A stretch of DNA of 64,000 bases, taken from assembly GCA_951406725.2 (NCBI GenBank), contig OX597818.1, positions 51,150,001 to 51,214,000 of the forward strand. Direction: 5' to 3'. The stretch is from Octopus vulgaris. Taxonomy: Eukaryota. The notes below the pieces were generated by a model. It made no database searches and was not told the DNA's origin. It was given only the letters and a program-made list of their open reading frames with translations. The translations under genes and the position numbers were made by a program. Positions 1 to 11,013 of this stretch are shown in pieces. Within the stretch, counting starts at the first letter, position 1; each line of letters opens with the position of its first letter.

Positions 1-8
1 CGCTTTTA

Positions 9-60
<52 letters not shown>

Positions 61-623
61 CATATATATATATATACACATACATATATACACATACACA
101 CACACACATATATATATATATATACACACATACATACATATACATCTATGTATGTTTGCGTGCGTGTAGAAAGAGAGAATGAGAGAGCGCTGAGTCTATG
201 AAGATTATAAGAGAAAGAAGACAAAGGACAGAAGAAACTCCTCCAGTCACAAACATAATGGATGCATTTCCTGTTATATACTACGCGAACCTGAAACGTA
301 TCTATTGAATGGTTTCAAAATATCACTATTTCGGTAAGTACCGTGCATCATAGTTCTATGTAGGTGCCATCATCATCATAGAAGCGGTATCCTTTATTTC
401 CAATCTTCTGAGAGATATCTGGTCATGAGGCAATATTTCCTTACTTAGAAATAGGTGAGGACTGACGACAGGAAGGGCGTCCATCTTTAAAAAAATCCGC
501 CTCAACAATTTCTGTCTCATCCATACGAGCATGAAAAAGCAGACGTTAAAATGATCGTGCAGACGATGATCTACAATTCTGCTGGAAGGCAAGTCTTGCC
601 TTTTATATCCATAGAGTTAACAA

Positions 624-2363
624 TCTTACTATAATTGGCGTTAAGTCCGTCCGTCCGTCCGTCTGCCCGTCTTTCCGCCTGTCTGTCTTTTCCCTCTTCA
701 CGATCAAACGGCTGAACCAATGGTCCCGATGTTTTTTGGAATTACGAAGGAAGCAATCAGGAAGGGTTTTAGCGAAAAAAATGTGAAAAAGTATAATTAT
801 TTAATGGATATTGAGTTTTGTATTAATAAGTCACCTTTGATTTTTATGTTAAAATTCTGGCGACGAGGATTAAGTCTAGATTTTCTCCCACCCCCACCAT
901 CCGTATAGTTCGTGAATTTAAAAGGTTTAGATTTGCGATACTATCCCTTTATCTCCCACCGTAGATGGGCAGATTTGCCATCTTACCATAATGGGCGTTA
1001 TGTCCGTCTGTCCGTCACTTTGTCTGTTATCTCTTCACTCCAGACGGCTGGACCAATGGTTACGATATTTTTCGGGGTTACAAAGACGGTCGTCAGGAAA
1101 GTTTTTAGCATTAAAAAATCAGAAAGTATGATAATTTCGTGAATATCGATTTTTGAATTGATAAACCACCTTCGCATTTTTATTAAAAATTCATCGATCG
1201 CGAGTAACTCTGGATTTTGATCGTATAGTTTCTTGGCCCCATCGTAGATACGAAGGGGTCGCGAGGATGGTTAATAGCGAAAATAAAATGGAAAAAGTGT
1301 GTGTCAGTATACAGTATTATTGAAGTGGTTGAAATGAGTAGCCGTATTTCGTCTGCCGTTACGTTCTGAGTTCAAATTGCGCCGAGGTTGACTTTGCCTT
1401 TCATCCTTTCGGGGTCGATAAATAAAGTACCAGTTACGCACTGGGGTCGATGTAATTGACTTGATCCCTTTGTCTGTCCTTGTTTGTCCCCTCTATGTTT
1501 AGCCCCTTGTGGGCAATAAAGAAATATATTGAAGCGTATATAGCGTTATTTAGTGGTTATTGAAGTGTATCAGTCTCGAGCAGGATTCGGAACGGCCAGT
1601 CGAAGCGGCTGTTGTTTACATCTCAGTTTTGTCAATCAAAATAATCCATGGTACCAGAACATTCAGACATTATTCGCATAGAACAGTGAGAGGGAAGCCT
1701 AAGTCTGATTTTTTGCAACCCTTAAAATTCCGCTCGCGCATTCACAGCAAACAAGGCATAGAGCCAGACTTCAGACCGTGTAGGTGTATTTTTACCCACT
1801 CCGATGTTTACACACGGTCAGCTATACATCACTGTGAGTGGCGCAACGGACTCCAGTAATTTGAAAATTAGTGTCGACCAAACAGAAAATATCGTCAACA
1901 AAGAAGTTTTGTAATCATATTGATGTTATCGAAAGGAATATGATTCATAATTTAAATAAGGAAATTTGTGGACTTTGAATGTATAGGAGAATAAACAAGC
2001 GTAAAATAATATAAGCAACTAAAATAAAAGCATATCTAAATAACATTGTTTTCTTAATACTTCTTATGTAGTGGCCGAAGGAAGCTCTGGCTTTCATTAG
2101 GAGTGGTCCACATAACCCATTCATGATTGAGAGGCTGGGAACCTATTTCAGTTTGGGAGTGAATCGTCATCACATGTCACTTAGTCGCAAACACATGTCA
2201 TAATAGCTACAACAGAATGCTGTATCACCAACAATAATGGGATTTCTCGAAGACATCACCCAGTAATCTATCCAAGTCCGTTTATACATTTCTCAATACA
2301 TACTGCTGTTGTGACTCCCCTCCCTCATTTTATAACTCCATCGTAGATGGGTAGATTTGCTAG
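624..2363 (+). mobile_element. Non-autonomous Helitron-like element(s), two head-to-tail units (624-980 and 981-2363)
   Basis: Both units start A|TCTTAC(T/C)ATAAT..GTCCGTC..CGGCTG(A/G)ACCAATGG. The 3' end has hairpin CCATC-GTA-GATGG then CTAG|T (2360-2363); a degenerate copy of this end lies at ~955-980. Confidence 0.6.
1335..1526 (+). mobile_element. SINE family B copy (5'-truncated)
   Basis: Matches the ~230-bp repeat (GTTCTGAGTTCAAATTCCGCCGAGGTCGACTTTGCCTTTCATCC...AAAGAAATA) seen more than 10 times in the window. Confidence 0.8.
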
Positions 2364-2592
2364 TACCAGTAATATTCTAAGGTTATTTGAGAATATCAGT
2401 CCTTCACAAATGTGTCCGTTTATAGTCAATGTCAGAAACCGTTATTCATTTAGAAAAGTGTAAAAGGTCAACATCACTGACATGAAATTTTGTCAGTATA
2501 ACTCCATCATTGCAACCTAGGCCAGCGAGACTTGGAAAAGCCACAGTAAGGTCAAAAACGCCCAGTAAGGACGAAAACTAAAAAGTACCACA

Positions 2593-2686
2593 CGGCGATA
2601 CATATTCTAAAATTGGAACGATACAGAGATTAGCATGGCCCCTGCGCAAGGATGACACGCAAATTCGTGAAGCATTCCATATTTTT
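2593..2686 (+). pseudogene. U6: U6 snRNA retrocopy, 5'-truncated
   Basis: CATATTCTAAAATTGGAACGATACAGAG-ATTAGCATGGCCCCTGCGCAAGGATGACACGCAAATTCGTGAAGCATTCCATATTTTT is near-identical to metazoan U6. The 5' stem is missing or degenerate and 3 nt are deleted after the ACAGAGA box. Confidence 0.9.
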
Positions 2687-2688
2687 AA

Positions 2689-3092
2689 GGCGCAGGAGTG
2701 GATGTGTGGCAAGTAGCTTGCTTACCAACCACATGGTTCCGGATTCAGTCCCACTGTGTGGCACCTTGGGCAAGTCTCTCCTACTATAGCCTTAGACCAA
2801 CCAAAGCCTTGTGAGTGGATTTGGTAGACAGAAACTGAAAGAAGCCAGTCGTATATATGTATATACATATGTATGTGTGTGTATGTTTGTGTGTCTGTGT
2901 TTGTCCCCCCAACATCGCTTGATAACCAATGCTGGTGTGTTTACGTCCCCGTAACTTAGTGGTTCGGCAAAACAGATCGATAGAATAAGTACTAGGCTTA
3001 CGAAGAATAAGTCCTGGGGTTGATTTGCTCGACTAAAGGCTGTGCTCCAGCATGGCTGCAGTCAAAATGACTGAAATGAGTAAAAGAGAAGA
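2689..3092 (+). mobile_element. SINE family A, full length (tRNA-like head, CORE-like GGCACCTTGGGCAAGT segment)
   Basis: A-box/B-box-like head, internal (TG/TA) tract and GAGTAAAA tail. Homologous to the copies at 12361-12765 and 41990-42403. Confidence 0.8.
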
Positions 3093-3409
3093 GATCTTTA
3101 TCAAATCCATATTTGGACCAGAGAGTGAGATAAAAACATACTGAATGGCTGCAAACACATGCAAACCATCATCACAACCATTTCAATGCCCACTTTTCCA
3201 TACTTGCATGGGTTGGACAGAATTTGTTGAAGTAAATTTTTTAGTTGGATGCTCTTCTTGTTGCCAATCCTCACCTATTTCCAAATAAGGTAATACTTCC
3301 CCATGACCAGATGATTATAAAGGACACTGCTTGTATGATGGTGAATCAACAACTATGCAATGTTGTCAAGACAAAGAGACAATAACACACACATATATAT
3401 ATGTGTGTG

Positions 3410-3600
3410 ACAGCGTGTGTACCGTTGGCGATTTTTTTTCCTCCATCTTCCCTTCTCTGGATCTTTCCTTTTCCTATGTTTCTGACAAAGAGCTCCGCTC
3501 AAAACGTTAAACACTCCTTCTTTCCTGAGTGTCCAATAATACTATATTTGTTCCACGTCCTCGCGTTGTTGTGTTTTTTTGTGCTTTCATGTTTGGATTA
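3410..3600 (+). mobile_element. Penelope-like remnant with decayed minimal hammerhead (3476-3523)
   Basis: TGTTT-CTGACAA-AGAGC..GCTC-AAAA-CG-TT-AAACA has type-I hammerhead topology with two CG>CA core changes. Confidence 0.45.
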
Positions 3601-3783
3601 ACTGGCACGTAAAAAGCACCCACTACACTCACGGAGTGGTTGGCGTTAGGAAGGGCATCCAGCCGTAGAAACACTGCCAGATCAGACTGGGCCTGGTGCA
3701 GCCTTCTGGCTTCCCAGACCCCAGTTGAACCGTCCAACCCATGCCAGCATGGAAAGCGGACGTTAAATGATGATGATGATGAT
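3601..3783 (+). mobile_element. Family C retroelement copy with (GAT)n tail
   Basis: AAAAGCACCCACTACACTC..GGAGTGGTTGGCGTTAGGAAGGGCATCCAGC..CATGGAAAGCGGACGTTAAA(TGA)n. About 20 copies in the window. Confidence 0.8.
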
Positions 3784-4053
3784 ATATATATATATATATA
3801 TACAAAATAGGCTTCTTTCAATTTCTAACTACCAAATCTATACACAAGGCTTTGGCTGACCTTGGACTACAGTAAAAGACACTGACCCAAAGTGTCATGC
3901 AGTAAGACTGAACCTGAAACCATGTGGTTGGGAAGTAAGTCTCTTACCACAGTCACACCTGTACAAATATGCAAAAAAAAACAACTAAAAATAAATATTA
4001 AGAATATCTTTTAATTCCATTTTACCATATCCAAATATTAACAATAGTTTTAA

Positions 4054-4059
4054 TTTATT
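4054..4059 (-). promoter_or_regulatory. Candidate MKKS polyadenylation signal AATAAA
   Basis: AATAAA on the minus strand about 530 nt downstream of the MKKS stop. AT-rich context makes this weak. Confidence 0.35.
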
Positions 4060-4591
4060 TCACTTTATATCCAAAGAATATAAATTACATAAATTTATAA
4101 ATTCAGACTCAATATTTACCAACTCTCATCAATATTTGTGAAATAAAACATTACTCTTGGAGTAGAATCTGCCAACCCTGATGTAAACAATTTTAGATTT
4201 ATGAAGATGAAAACAACACTGGTCTCTCCAAAACTAAAATACAATATTAAATATAATCATAAAATACTATTAGCCATTTAAAAACACACAAAGACTTGAC
4301 TTCACTTAAACATTTACCATTTGTGGTCAAAATTTTTGTTGCAACATCTGTGATCTGGTCGTTGATACTGTTCCACTGCGCAGAGATGCAATGAAACTGT
4401 GGCAGTGACTTCATCGCAACTGATGAGATGAAAATTTTGACATTAAACGATGAATGTTTAAATGAAACTAACAGTTTTTGTATGGTTTTCAATAGCTAAA
4501 TATGTGCCTTCCATGCTGTAATTGTTTTAGTCTCGACACATGGCTTCAGATTAAATCACCTGCCTTGCAAGTACACCACTGAAATGAAATA

Positions 4592-5062
4592 CTATGTTGA
4601 TGGTTTACAGTTGGTGTCAAAGATAAACTGATTGGTACTAAGAGCCATATTGGCTAGAAGTACCGATATTTCTACAGCAGTTTGCCATGGAATAAAGCAG
4701 TCCATTAGAAGAGGTTTCTTAGGAGGTTCAGAACTGGATATTGTATCAAGAGGTTTATAAGAGCCATAAAGCTCTTTCTTAGAAAATCTGTCAAATGAAG
4801 GAGAATGTTCTAAAGGTTGAAGTTTCAAATCTGACAAACTACAACAAAGCACACCACATGAACAAGTTTTTTCTGCGTTAACTTCATGGTCATCCTGTAT
4901 CCAAAGATGACCAGCTGAAGGATGGGTGAAACATTTTTTACTCTGCTGGGAAGATGGAGAAACAGCTTGTTCCAAACTTGTGCATAGATAATCACACAGC
5001 TGCAATAACTGGGACTCGGAACAATCCAGTTTACTGGAGAAGCTTTCTAAATTTTCAGAAAC
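4592..5062 (-). CDS. MKKS: MKKS/BBS6 chaperonin-like protein, coding exon 4 (terminal)
   Basis: tttcag|GTT acceptor; VSENLES...GHLW...CSCG...LLMDC...ANMALSTNQFIFDTN...TAG. Matches the recalled MKKS C-terminus (GHLW, CGCG, LDC, ANLIL..IEDKN). Phase 0. Confidence 0.92.
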   Translation of the reverse strand, partial: VSENLESFSSKLDCSESQLLQLCDYLCTSLEQAVSPSSQQSKKCFTHPSAGHLWIQDDHEVNAEKTCSCGVLCCSLSDLKLQPLEHSPSFDRFSKKELYGSYKPLDTISSSEPPKKPLLMDCFIPWQTAVEISVLLANMALSTNQFIFDTNCKPST

Positions 5063-5082
5063 CTGAAATAGACAAAAAAAAA

Positions 5083-5085
5083 ATA

Positions 5086-5125
<40 letters not shown>

Positions 5126-5175
5126 GTAGTAGTAGTAGTAGTAGTAGTAATAATAGTAATAATAATAATAATCAA

Positions 5176-5206
<31 letters not shown>

Positions 5207-5283
5207 GTAGTAGTAATAATAATAATAGTAATAATAATAATAATAATAGTAGTAGTAATAGTAATAATAATAATAATAATCAA

Positions 5284-5317
<34 letters not shown>

Positions 5318-5640
5318 GTAGTAGTAGTAGTAATAATAATAATAATAGTAGTAGTAGTAGTAGTAATAATAATAATAGTAGTAGTAGTAATAATAATAAT
5401 AATAATAGTAGTAGTAGTAATAATAATAATAATAATAATAATAGTAGTAGTAGTAGTAGTAATAATAATAATAATAGTAGTAGTAGTAGTAGTAATAATA
5501 ATAATAATAGTAGTAGTAGTAATAATAATAATAGTAATAGTAGTAGTAGTAATAATAATAATAATAATAGTAATAATAATAATAGTAATAATAATAATAA
5601 TAATAGTAGTAGTAGTAGTAATAATAATAATAATAATATA

Positions 5641-5678
<38 letters not shown>

Positions 5679-5985
5679 ATAATAATAATAATAATAGTAG
5701 TAGTAGTAGTAGTAGTAATAATAATAATAATAATAGTAGTAGTAGTAATAATAATAATAATAGTAGTAGTAGTAGTAATAATAATAATAATAATAATAGT
5801 AGTAGTAGTAGTAATAATAATAATAATAATAATAATAATAGTAGTAGTAGTAATAATAATAATAATAATAATAGTAGTAGTAGTAGTAATAATAATAATA
5901 ATAATAATAATAATAGTAGTAGTAGTAGTAGTAGTAATAATAATAATAATAATAATAGTAGTAGTAGTAATAATAATAATAATAA

Positions 5986-6029
<44 letters not shown>

Positions 6030-6048
6030 ATAATAATAATAATAATAA

Positions 6049-6080
<32 letters not shown>

Positions 6081-6120
6081 ATAATAGTAGTAGTAGTAGT
6101 AATAATAATAATAATAATAA

Positions 6121-6152
<32 letters not shown>

Positions 6153-6188
6153 ATAATAATAATAGTAGTAGTAGTAGTAGTAGTAGTA

Positions 6189-6236
<48 letters not shown>

Positions 6237-6261
6237 GTAGTAGTAGTAGTAATAATAATAA
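5083..6261. repeat. Compound (AAT)n/(AGT)n microsatellite, about 1.18 kb
   Basis: Directly visible. Source of the spurious poly-Y/N/L/I/T ORFs. Confidence 0.98.
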
Positions 6262-6456
6262 GACTGAAACCATGTGGTTGAGAAGCAAGCTTCTTATCAC
6301 AGCCACTCCAGTACAAATATGCATAAAAAACAACTAACAAATAAATATTAAGAATATCTTTTAATTCCATTTTACCAATGACACTGGTCTCTCCAAAACT
6401 AGAATACATTATTAAAAATAATCATAAAATACTATTAGCCATTTAAAAACACACAA
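6260..6456. repeat. Local duplicate of the MKKS 3' region (~3904-4290) with an internal deletion
   Basis: Non-TE sequence GTACAAATATGCA..AATAAATATTAAGAATATCTTT..TTTTACCA / ACACTGGTCTCTCCAAAACTA..CCATTTAAAAACACACAA is present at both places. Confidence 0.85.
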
Positions 6457-6888
6457 TATAGGTGCAGGTATGACTGTGTGGTAAGAATTTTGCTTCCCAA
6501 CTATACGGTTCTGGGTTCAGTCCCATTGTGTGGCACCTTGGGCAAGTATCTTCTACTATAGCCTTGGGCCGACCAAAGCCTTGTGAGTAGATTTGGTAGA
6601 CGGAAATATTCAACAGGTCTTTGCAAGCAATATTAGACTCAAATATTCTGTTTTATGTTGGAAAAAGTCAGGTCCAGCCTCTCACACCTACCCTTCAATG
6701 TCATTCTAAAAATAAACAACCACATCACCGAAATCTTGAATCTATGAGATAACGGACAATTAATTCGAGACAATGTAAATAAATAAGCATTACATTTGAC
6801 ACAGAAATCTGAATGCTGGAGAATAGATAGAATAGCAGAGCGGCCAACCGGCTTCCGTGCCAGTGGCACTTAAAGGCACCATTTGAGG

Positions 6889-7229
6889 GTGATCGTTACC
6901 AGCGTCGCCTTAAAGAGCACCATTCGGGCGTGATCGTTGCCAGAGCGGCTATCTGGCCTCCGTGCCGATGGCACATAAAAGACACCATTCAAGCGTGATC
7001 GTTACCAGCGTCGCCTTAAAGAGCACCATTCGGGCGTGATCGTTGCCAGAGCGGCTATCTGGCCTCCGTGCCGATGGCACATAAAAGACACCATTCAAGC
7101 GTGATCGTTATCAGCGTCGCCTTAAAGAGCACCATTCGGGCGTGATCGTTGCCAGAGCGGCTATCTGGCTTCCGTGCCGATGGCACATAAAAGACACCAT
7201 TCAAGCGTGATCGTTACCAGCGTCGCCTT
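6889..7229 (+). repeat. 106-bp tandem repeat x3 inside a family C element (~6840-7478)
   Basis: GTGATCGTTA starts at 6889, 6995, 7101 and 7207; the units are nearly identical. Confidence 0.92.
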
Positions 7230-8945
7230 ACTGGCACGTGAAAAAGATTTGAGTGAGGTCATTGTCAGTACCGCCTGATTGGCCCTGTGCCGGTGGCATG
7301 TAAAAGCACCCACTACACTCTCGGAGTGGTTGGCATTAGGAAGGGCATCCAGCTGTAGAAACTCTGCCAGATCAGATTGGAGCCTGGTGCAGCCATCTGG
7401 TTCGCCTGCCCTCAGTCATTCATCCAACCCATGCTAGCATGGAAAGCGGACGTTAAACGATGATGATGATGATGATGAGAAACAATGTGACACTAGCATC
7501 AGCCACAACTATGATATATATATGTATGTGTGTGCATGTGTGTGTGGCCTCACAGAGGCAATGGGGCTGATGCTGGTGCCGTGTAACTAGCACCCATGCC
7601 TATGGCAAGTGAGAAGCACCTTTCAAGCATAGGGCCACACAGAGGAAATGACGTATGACCGAGGCCTTTCAGCATCATCATCTTCCTTCAACCAACCCAT
7701 GGTTGGTCAGAATTCCATTGATAATCCCTTTCCGCACTACGCGATCCTGCATTGCTGTGTTCAGATCTCTAATATCCAGCCACGAGTCACAAGATATAGT
7801 ACCAGGAAGTGTCAGTTTCCTGGAGAAAACACTTCCAGAGAAATGCCATAGGAACAGGGATGAGATAACCTCTTTCTCTGCTTGATGACAGTGGTCAGTA
7901 AATTGTAGCCATTTCTGCTTTAGCTTGAGGGATTTTGGTATCAGATTTCCATAAATGTTACTAAGAGTTGGGTGTGATCTCTAACTGATGTTCTCTATCT
8001 TTCTGAGCAGGTTGGTATATATGTTCCATCTAGTTGCTTTCCTAAGGGAGCCGATAGGATCCAGGTCTCTGATTCATAGAGAAGGACCGGCTCAATCAGT
8101 GTTCGAAATATTTAAACTTTTAACGTGGGCAGAAGGTTTGAGTACCAGATCTTACCAAGTCTGTTACATGAGTTTTGTCTGCTTTGCTAACAATTCTGCC
8201 AGCTCACCACAAGACCTGACATGTTTCTTAGAAGGCTGATTTACAATTATCACATATCAAGACATGGGTGAACACATACACACAACACATGTTCAATAGG
8301 CTTCTTTCAGTTTCCATCCCAAGCAAGAGCTTCTTTCAATTTCTACCAACCAAAAAGAAATTCTCACCGAGACCTTTAGCAATTTGCCATGCTTCAGTAG
8401 AAGACCCATCAAGCCAAGTAAAATCATAGTCATAGTAGATACTGGTGTCACACAACTGGCACTCATGCTGGTGACACATAAAAGCACTCATTACACTCTT
8501 GGAATGGTTAGCATTAGGAAGTGCATCCAGCTGTAGAAACCATGCCAAATCAGACTGGAATCTGGTGCAGCCTCAGCTTACCAACCCTGGTAAAAGAGTC
8601 CAAGCCATACCGGATGTTAAATGATGATGATCATGATGATACATGCACACACACACATACACCAAACAGGCTTCTTTCAATTTCCACCAACCAAATCCAC
8701 TCACTCATAAGGCTTTGGTCAGCTAGATGCTATAACAGGAGACATTTGCCCAACATGTCATGCAGTGGGACTGACCCTGAATCCTTGTAGTTGGGAAGCA
8801 AGGAAGTGTATAATAAATATTTCAAGAGAAGATGAGTTGGAGAAGCAAGGAGAAAGACTAAATACTGAAGAGATGAGTAAAGGATGGAACAAATAAGAAA
8901 ATATTCCAAGTAACCAATAGAGAAAATAGTTTGAAATTTCCTCAA

Positions 8946-8991
8946 GACACCTGAGGAAGGCTGGAGGGTATACCAGCCGAAACGTTGTGTT
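8946..8991 (+). ncRNA. Minimal type-I hammerhead ribozyme motif in a Penelope-like remnant (~8890-9045)
   Basis: GACAC-CTGAGGA-A-GGCTGG(agggtata)CCAGCC-GAAA-CG-TT-GTGTT: stem I, CUGANGA, 6-bp stem II, GAAA and a GUU site. Confidence 0.6.
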
Positions 8992-9061
8992 AACAACAAA
9001 CAAGAGGACAAATATCCGTTAAATGTAAATAATGTAAATAATGCAGAGAAAATAGTTTTAC

Positions 9062-9172
9062 CTCAACTCTAAGCTTGTTAGCCAAAGTGAACTGCCAGCA
9101 ACCCCCACCGTGCAGTACAGCCGGTGTCCTGAGAAGGTGCTGGAATGCTAACATCACATTGTTGCAATTCAC
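9062..9172 (-). CDS. MKKS: MKKS coding exon 3 (111 nt)
   Basis: aacag|GTG ... GAG|gtaaa; VNCNNVMLAFQHLLRTPAVLHGGGCWQFTLANKLRVE with the chaperonin GGG motif. Phase 0/0. Confidence 0.92.
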
Positions 9173-9389
9173 CTGTTAAAATTGAACAAAATACATAAAA
9201 GAAAAAAACCAATGGAATTAAACATGAACTACATAAATCCCTCTCTCAACTTAAAATCCATTCAAAGACATTCCACAGGCTTACACATACCAACTTGTCC
9301 TACTTTAGAAGGATTATCACTGAGTGTCACTTCTGTTTCATGATTGATGGAATTTAGAGAAATGAATACATTCATCCTTGTTGCTTTAA

Positions 9390-9568
9390 CCCTTTCGTTA
9401 CTGTATTTCTGTTGAGATGCTCTGTGTTTCTTTCAATTACTTTAAATATAACAAAGAATTTAGTAAAATAACAAAGGTTTGGTGGAAGATTTTAATTCAA
9501 AACTTATGAAAACAAGACATTTGTACTCAGAGCCAGAGCTGGGTTCAGCTGGGTTGATAACAAAAAGG
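9390..9568. mobile_element. piggyBac-like MITE, with a second adjacent copy at ~9600-9820
   Basis: TTAA|CCCTTTCGTTA...TAACAAAAAGG|TTAA; same family as 44432-44642. Confidence 0.7.
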
Positions 9569-10189
9569 TTAAGAATTGTTTCTCTATCATATATTTTAAC
9601 CCTTTTGCGACCATATTTCTGTTGAGATGCTCTGTGTTTCTTTCAATTAATTTTAAATATAACAAAGAATTTAGTAAAATAACTTAGTAATCATTAAGCT
9701 GGTGTTAGGAGCATTAATTGTCACTAGGGTTTGGTGGAAGATTTTTAATTCAAAACTTATGAAAACAAGACTTTTGTACTACAGAGCCAGAGCCGGTTTC
9801 AGCCAGGTTGATAACGTTAATGTCTACTTTTACATGGCAGAATGAATAGGACAGAATTTGTTGAGGCAGGTTTCCTACAGCCAACCTCCACCTGTTTCCA
9901 GGTAAGGTAATATTTCCCCAAGACCTGACATGTGTTTCTTAGAAGGCTGATTTACAATCATCACATGTCAAGACATGGGTAAACACACACAAACACACAT
10001 GCACAACACACGTATAATAGGCTTCTTTCAGTTTCCATCTACCAAATTGACAGATCAGGTTTTGGTCGGCCCAGGGCTGTATTAGAAGACACTTGCCCAA
10101 GATGCCATGCAGTGAGACTGAACCCAACCATATGATTGGGAAACACCTGTCTTAACCACACAGCTAGACCCACACCTATAAAATATTTG

Positions 10190-10470
10190 GCACCATTCGC
10201 CTTACTGGCACCTGTGCTGGTGGCATGTGCAAAAAGATTCAAGCGAGGTCATTGCCAGTACCGCCTGACTGGCCCCCGTGCCGGTGGCACGTAAAAAGCA
10301 TCCACTACACTCTCGGAGTGGTTGGCGTTAGGAATGGCATCCAGCTGTAGAAACTCTGCCAGATCAAGATTGGAGCCTGGTTCAGCCATCTGGTTCGCCA
10401 GCCCTCAGTCAAAATCGTCCAACCCATGCTAGCATGGAAAGTGGACGTTAAACGATGATGATGATGATGA
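10190..10470 (+). mobile_element. Family C retroelement copy
   Basis: Shared body and (GAT)n tail. Confidence 0.75.
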
Positions 10471-10969
10471 TCTCATAAATATACTTGTATCTTAAAAATG
10501 TGGCTCTATAAAAACAAGTATTTTGCTACCATGCAATATTTTCTCTTCTAATCTTTTGTTAGTAATATTTCAGAAAAGAAAATAGAATTCTAATAAATTT
10601 TATTTAAAAAATTAATGAATTATAAACAACACTTCTCTAAATATTTTTCTTACCCAAAATATACAAATTCTGCTACTGTTCTTTTTACATTTGGCATTCT
10701 AAAAGCTTTATACCATCATCATTTCATGTTGCTATTATGCTAAACTGTCATATATCAAAATTTGGCCAAATGCATTTTTTTCAATATTTATTTTTGCTTA
10801 GAATAGCTGGTTCTTTGAGTAAAACTATCGTATCTCCAGCTACTTCAGATGCCAAGATATCAAAATTTGGCCAAAGTGTAGTACAATGGTTTTGCTATGG
10901 AATGGTGAAAGTACTTTTTCGTTTCCTGGAAAAGCAATGTTTTGGACTTATGATACTTTTGTAAAATAC

Positions 10970-11013
<44 letters not shown>

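Noticed and set aside
356-592. 78-aa ORF near the window start
   Set aside because: Derived from a decayed family C-like repeat (MDALPVVSPHLF).
2593-2686. Functional U6 gene
   Set aside because: The 5' stem-loop is missing, 3 nt are deleted next to the ACAGAGA box and there is no evident upstream TATA.
3507-3821. Recurring ORFs with LDALPNANHSVSVVGAFYVPP or SEFKFRRGRLCLSSFRGR across the window, resembling a protein family
   Set aside because: Translations of family C and family B repeats, in variable frames with frequent stops.
4592-6409. 605-aa ORF and overlapping poly-N, poly-L and poly-Y ORFs
   Set aside because: Stop-free frames of the (AAT/AGT)n tract. Only 4592-5062 is coding (MKKS last exon, entered via a splice acceptor).
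6889-7229. Regularly spaced repeats resembling a CRISPR array
   Set aside because: The units are identical tandem copies with no unique spacers, the context is eukaryotic and there are no cas genes.
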